Below, piece after piece: positions 60,242 through 64,000 of a DNA stretch of 64,000 bases. Every line of letters starts with the position of its first letter. The stretch's first letter is position 1. The position numbers and the translations under genes were made by a program. Source of the stretch: Candidatus Sulfomarinibacteraceae bacterium (lineage in GTDB: Bacteria; Acidobacteriota; Thermoanaerobaculia; Thermoanaerobaculales; Sulfomarinibacteraceae); assembly GCA_963796455.1 (NCBI GenBank), contig CAWCLO010000004.1, forward strand, positions 1,088,001-1,152,000. Direction: 5' to 3'. The notes beneath the pieces were generated by a model that was not told the DNA's origin, searched no databases, and worked only from the letters and a program-made list of their open reading frames with translations.

Positions 60242-63200
60242 CTTCTCTGTGCCAGGGGATACCCATAACTTGTGGATGGAATTGATTGGCCAACGACCTC
60301 AACGGCAGAACCGAACCCGGAAAATTCTGCCCCACCCGTCCTCAAACTCTGGACAAAACGATGTTGGATTTTCGCGTGTCTGTTAAAAGATCGGATCCAG
60401 CTAGCCGGTGCACGCTCTTCCAGGTAAATGAAGGATTCGTTGGGAAAGCGAAGTCGTATCCGAGTCTTCCAAGCCAAAGACCTCGCATCTTCATTGCCTT
60501 CTACATCAAAGGTCGTGCGAACATCCTTTTCAATATGTGACCACCAGGTAGGTACACGCCCGCGTGCGATCGCCGCGCTCTCCAGGAAATTATAGGAAGT
60601 CCTGGCAGCCTCAAGGGCCTTTTCTCCCGCTCGATAGGGCTGATCCGGAGCCTGATTGTACAATCCTCCGCGAGAAATAGAAATCGCCACGGAACCAGCA
60701 ATCCCGTACCTAAGATCGAAAAAGTGGCCGATCCCGCCTCTAGGATTTAGTAGTCCCGTGAAACCCTCGTGTGCCCAGGTGTCCGCCCATGAGTGCAAGG
60801 CAATTCCTAAACTTATTAGGTTTCCGGTTCGCTCCGCTCTTATGAGGTTCAGTTTCGCAATAGGATTTGCCCTTTTCACAGGATGCCATTCAGGAGAGAC
60901 AAAGTGGAAAGAATAGAGGCGCCCTGGTAGGGATTCTAGCGAGCCCCAAAACAAAGGCAAAGGGCCTCCACCGGGATACGGTCGGGTGGTTGCGGAATCG
61001 TCAACAAACTGCGAAGCCCAGGATATTTGCGCCGCTTCATCTTGAGAGAAATCAGCTTCGCGAGCCAAGTAGTAGACAGCATAATAGTGAAAATCTATCG
61101 CATAGAGTCCTGAAGGATCCACAAAGTTGTTTGCGCTGAATTCAATCCATTTGTAAGGGTTCTGTGAAGAGTGCTTTACCGGATCTCTTCCAATAAACCC
61201 GACCTCTCCGGAACTCCACCGCGCCCGGTAGTAATACAACCCCAACTCCTCATGCCACGTCCGCCCCTGGAAGAGACTGGTGAGGCCGTAGCGGCTCTGG
61301 GCGAGCGGCGTGCTGTGGTCGGGTTTTGAGTATGCAACGAAGGTCTGATCAGTGAAGGTCGCGATGTGGGTGAAGTCGATTGACGGAAAGGCTACCGCAT
61401 TCGGAGTAGTTGCCAGGTCCTCCAGATTGATCTGGGTGACCTCGTAACGCTGCTGCGGATACCACGGAGCCCCAGTCTCGGCTGTCCACTTGAAGAGGTT
61501 TCCGCCCAGGCGTTCGCTTGATCCGGCGACGGCGTTCTCTCCCCGGTTCACAACGATTGCATCGGCAACATCCAACCCGTCAACCGGGACAACCGGTTCG
61601 TCGAAGAGGACAAGACGCCATCGGGGGCATCGAGCACCGCAAGGACCGCCGGCGGCGAGGCATCCATCAAGGTCTCATACGTCTGCGGGTCACGTCCGGT
61701 GAAGCTCAAGATCAAGCACCCACATTTCGTTTCCACTTCGATCGGTCAGACCGTCCAGGTGGAGTGCATAGCTCAGGCCGGTCTGAATCGTAGCGCCGCC
61801 AGGGTGATTCCCCGTCTGATCATCATCAAGCGTCACCACGAAATCGACGGCCTCTCCCCCATCGGGAGTCAGGGTCGCCGTCACGTTTTCAAGGTTGTCG
61901 TCGAGCAACTCGTCGAATCCGATCTCAAACACTTCTTCCCTCACGATGTCGGCCGTCGGACGCTGGCCGTCACCGGTCCACGCGACCCGGGTGGCTCGCG
62001 GTGGGGTGTCGTCCTCGGCGGAGAGGCGCGGCGTGCCGTCGGTCTGGTACTCCACTCCGCTCGACGATTCGGCCCTCGCCGTCAGTCAGAAGCTGAACGC
62101 TGCCGAGAAGATCGGTGATCGGCCACAGGGTTTCATCAAGCTCTCCGTCGGCATCGGTATCGACCTGTTCAACCGCCAGGTCATCGATCCAGCGACCCCA
62201 GTGGTGGCGGCGATCGAGCTGCCAGTCAGTGCCACCAGCTTCCTGCACGTACTCCGCTACGACCTGGTCGCCGTCATGGAGATAGACCCGACTATCGCCA
62301 GCAGCTCGCCACTTTGCCACCAGCCTCCCCAGGGGATCGACAATCAGCTTGGTCGTGGCGGAGTCCTGGTCGACGCCGACCAGCCGATCTCGCCAGTCAT
62401 GGCTGAAGGTTTCCGTGGATATAGCGGTTCCGCCCTGCATCAGATGTCGTGCCTCCGAGATTTCCGTTGTCATCCCAATCGTAGCTGAAGTTACCCGAGG
62501 CCACGACCTGGTGGAGACCATCGGAGTCGTGGTCCGGCTGGGCGTCGAACTGAAATCCATCGGAAACCCTGCGCCGGGACTCGAGTTCATCGACCTGATT
62601 GACGGTCCACCACTCCTCTATCTGCCGCGGTTCGAGACCTTCGGAGTAAGCAACCAGATCACCGTCGATACCCGCCACTGCAGGTAGGTTCTGGTTCAGG
62701 TTGCTCTCGAGGTGGCCTACACCGTCGTAGTGGAATTGCTCAATGAGTCCTCCGAGTGTCCTCACGTTCTTTGCTGGCGCCGGAGGCTCGCGTTCGGTCC
62801 AACCAAAGGCCAGCCGGTGGACCGGCGCCGAGATCACGGAATCCCGCGCCCCATAACGCCGGTTCGTCACCTCGATGGGCCTGCCCTCTCCGTCATAGCT
62901 CATAGGCCGTTGCGAGGCCGTTTGCCCGCTCGATTCCGATGAGCCGTCCACCCGCGTAATCCGCACCCCAGAGCTGCTGTCTCGCTAACCGTAAGCGAAG
63001 TCAGCCGATCGCCATCGAATCGTACCCCCGAACAAGGTTCGCCAAGCTAGTCGGGCATGCCGACGGATACCATGGACGATTGGCATCGTCGAAATACTCC
63101 GGCTCAAGGTCACGCTCGCCAAAGCCCAACACCGGCAACCCAAGGCTTTCCGAGAGCTGATTGCCGACACTGTCCCATGTGAAGCCGAGACGCACATCGT

Positions 63201-64000
63201 TGTCGAAGGCCGACGTCAAATGACCGATCTCGTCGTAGTCGAAGTCCACCGTTCCGCCCGGTTGGTCGGCCGAGGCGGTCACGGTATCGAGACGCCCGGT
63301 GGTTGTATCGATCGCAAAGGTCACGAGGGTTTGGTCAGCCCTCTTGATCCCGGCCATTTCACCATCCGGGTGGTAGGTGAAGCTTCGCTCCGAATCATCC
63401 GGGTAGACGATCGCTTTGAGACGGCCGTTCTTGTAGTAGCGGTATGTGGTGGTGTTGCCTTCGTGATCTTCATAGGCCACCAGATTGCCGCGCTCATCGT
63501 AGGTTCGGGTGATTTCCGCACCGTCGGGGCGCGTTTCCGTGACGACCCGACCAAGATCACCATAGGTCCATTTCGTAAGCCGATGGGTCGCCTGCTCGCC
63601 CTCGACGCTGGGGTTTGAGTCCGGCGTCAGCACCCTTTCCTTGCGCCCGAGACTGTCATAGAAGGTGGTTGTGGTTCGCCCACCGGGGCCTGTCACCTGG
63701 TGTACCCGACCCTGCTCGTCATATACGGTCGTCGTCGTGAGGGCCCACGAAGTCTCACCTTCATCAAAGCTCACCGTTCGCGTACGGACCTTGCCGTCCG
63801 GGTAGTACCCGGTCTCGACAATTGATCCGTCCGGGAGCGTACGCAGTATTTCCCGTCCCGCATCGTCGTAGTCGAAGGACGTGCGCCGGTCGAGCGGATC
63901 TTCGATCCACTCCACAAGACCGAGCTTGGGCCCACTGGTTTCAAAGTACTTGGTTGTAGTCGTCAGCACCTCGTCCGCATCCGGATCGTAGGCCTGCCCA
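60238..64000 (-). CDS. RHS/YD-repeat polymorphic toxin (5' end outside window, several frameshifts) with a DUF6765-like C-terminal domain
   Basis: YD repeats in 63001-63969; PITDLLGSV; FQGR...GLYYYRARW...RDP...NNFVDPSGL core; tip IDFHYYAVYYLA...SQFVDD...LHSWADTWAH. Confidence 0.88.

Overview
GC-rich bacterial chromosomal window. Gene content (Oar-type TonB receptors, ELWxxDGT and M6 exoproteins) suggests Acidobacteriota, possibly Thermoanaerobaculia (inference). Several long genes are broken by single-base frameshifts, often in homopolymers, which suggests long-read assembly errors. The left part (1-37.8 kb) mixes housekeeping and transport genes (plsC-like, ABC exporter, upp, mscS, corA, GATase, AlkC-like, a BrnT/BrnA-type TA pair) with secreted M4 and M6 proteases, two TonB-dependent receptors, several palindromic and micro-tandem repeat families, three sigma54-type promoters and a candidate novel sRNA (7.9-8.1 kb). 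The right part (37.8-64 kb) is an all-minus-strand island of exoproteins and three putative toxin/immunity pairs: a ~2,980-aa exoprotein ending in a split lytic transglycosylase, an orphan alpha/beta-hydrolase toxin tip, and an RHS protein with a DUF6765-like tip. Most module boundaries carry the same GGCACC(TTTA) repeat that forms the 28-32 bp terminal inverted repeats of two near-identical HUH (Y1/RAYT-like) transposase elements, suggesting a transposase-driven cassette array. A 19-aa motif, F-x-D-[GD]-F-E-S-x4-W-x4-P, sits at the terminus of five exoproteins and is a candidate sorting or assembly tag. Family assignments come from motif recognition only; no searches were run.
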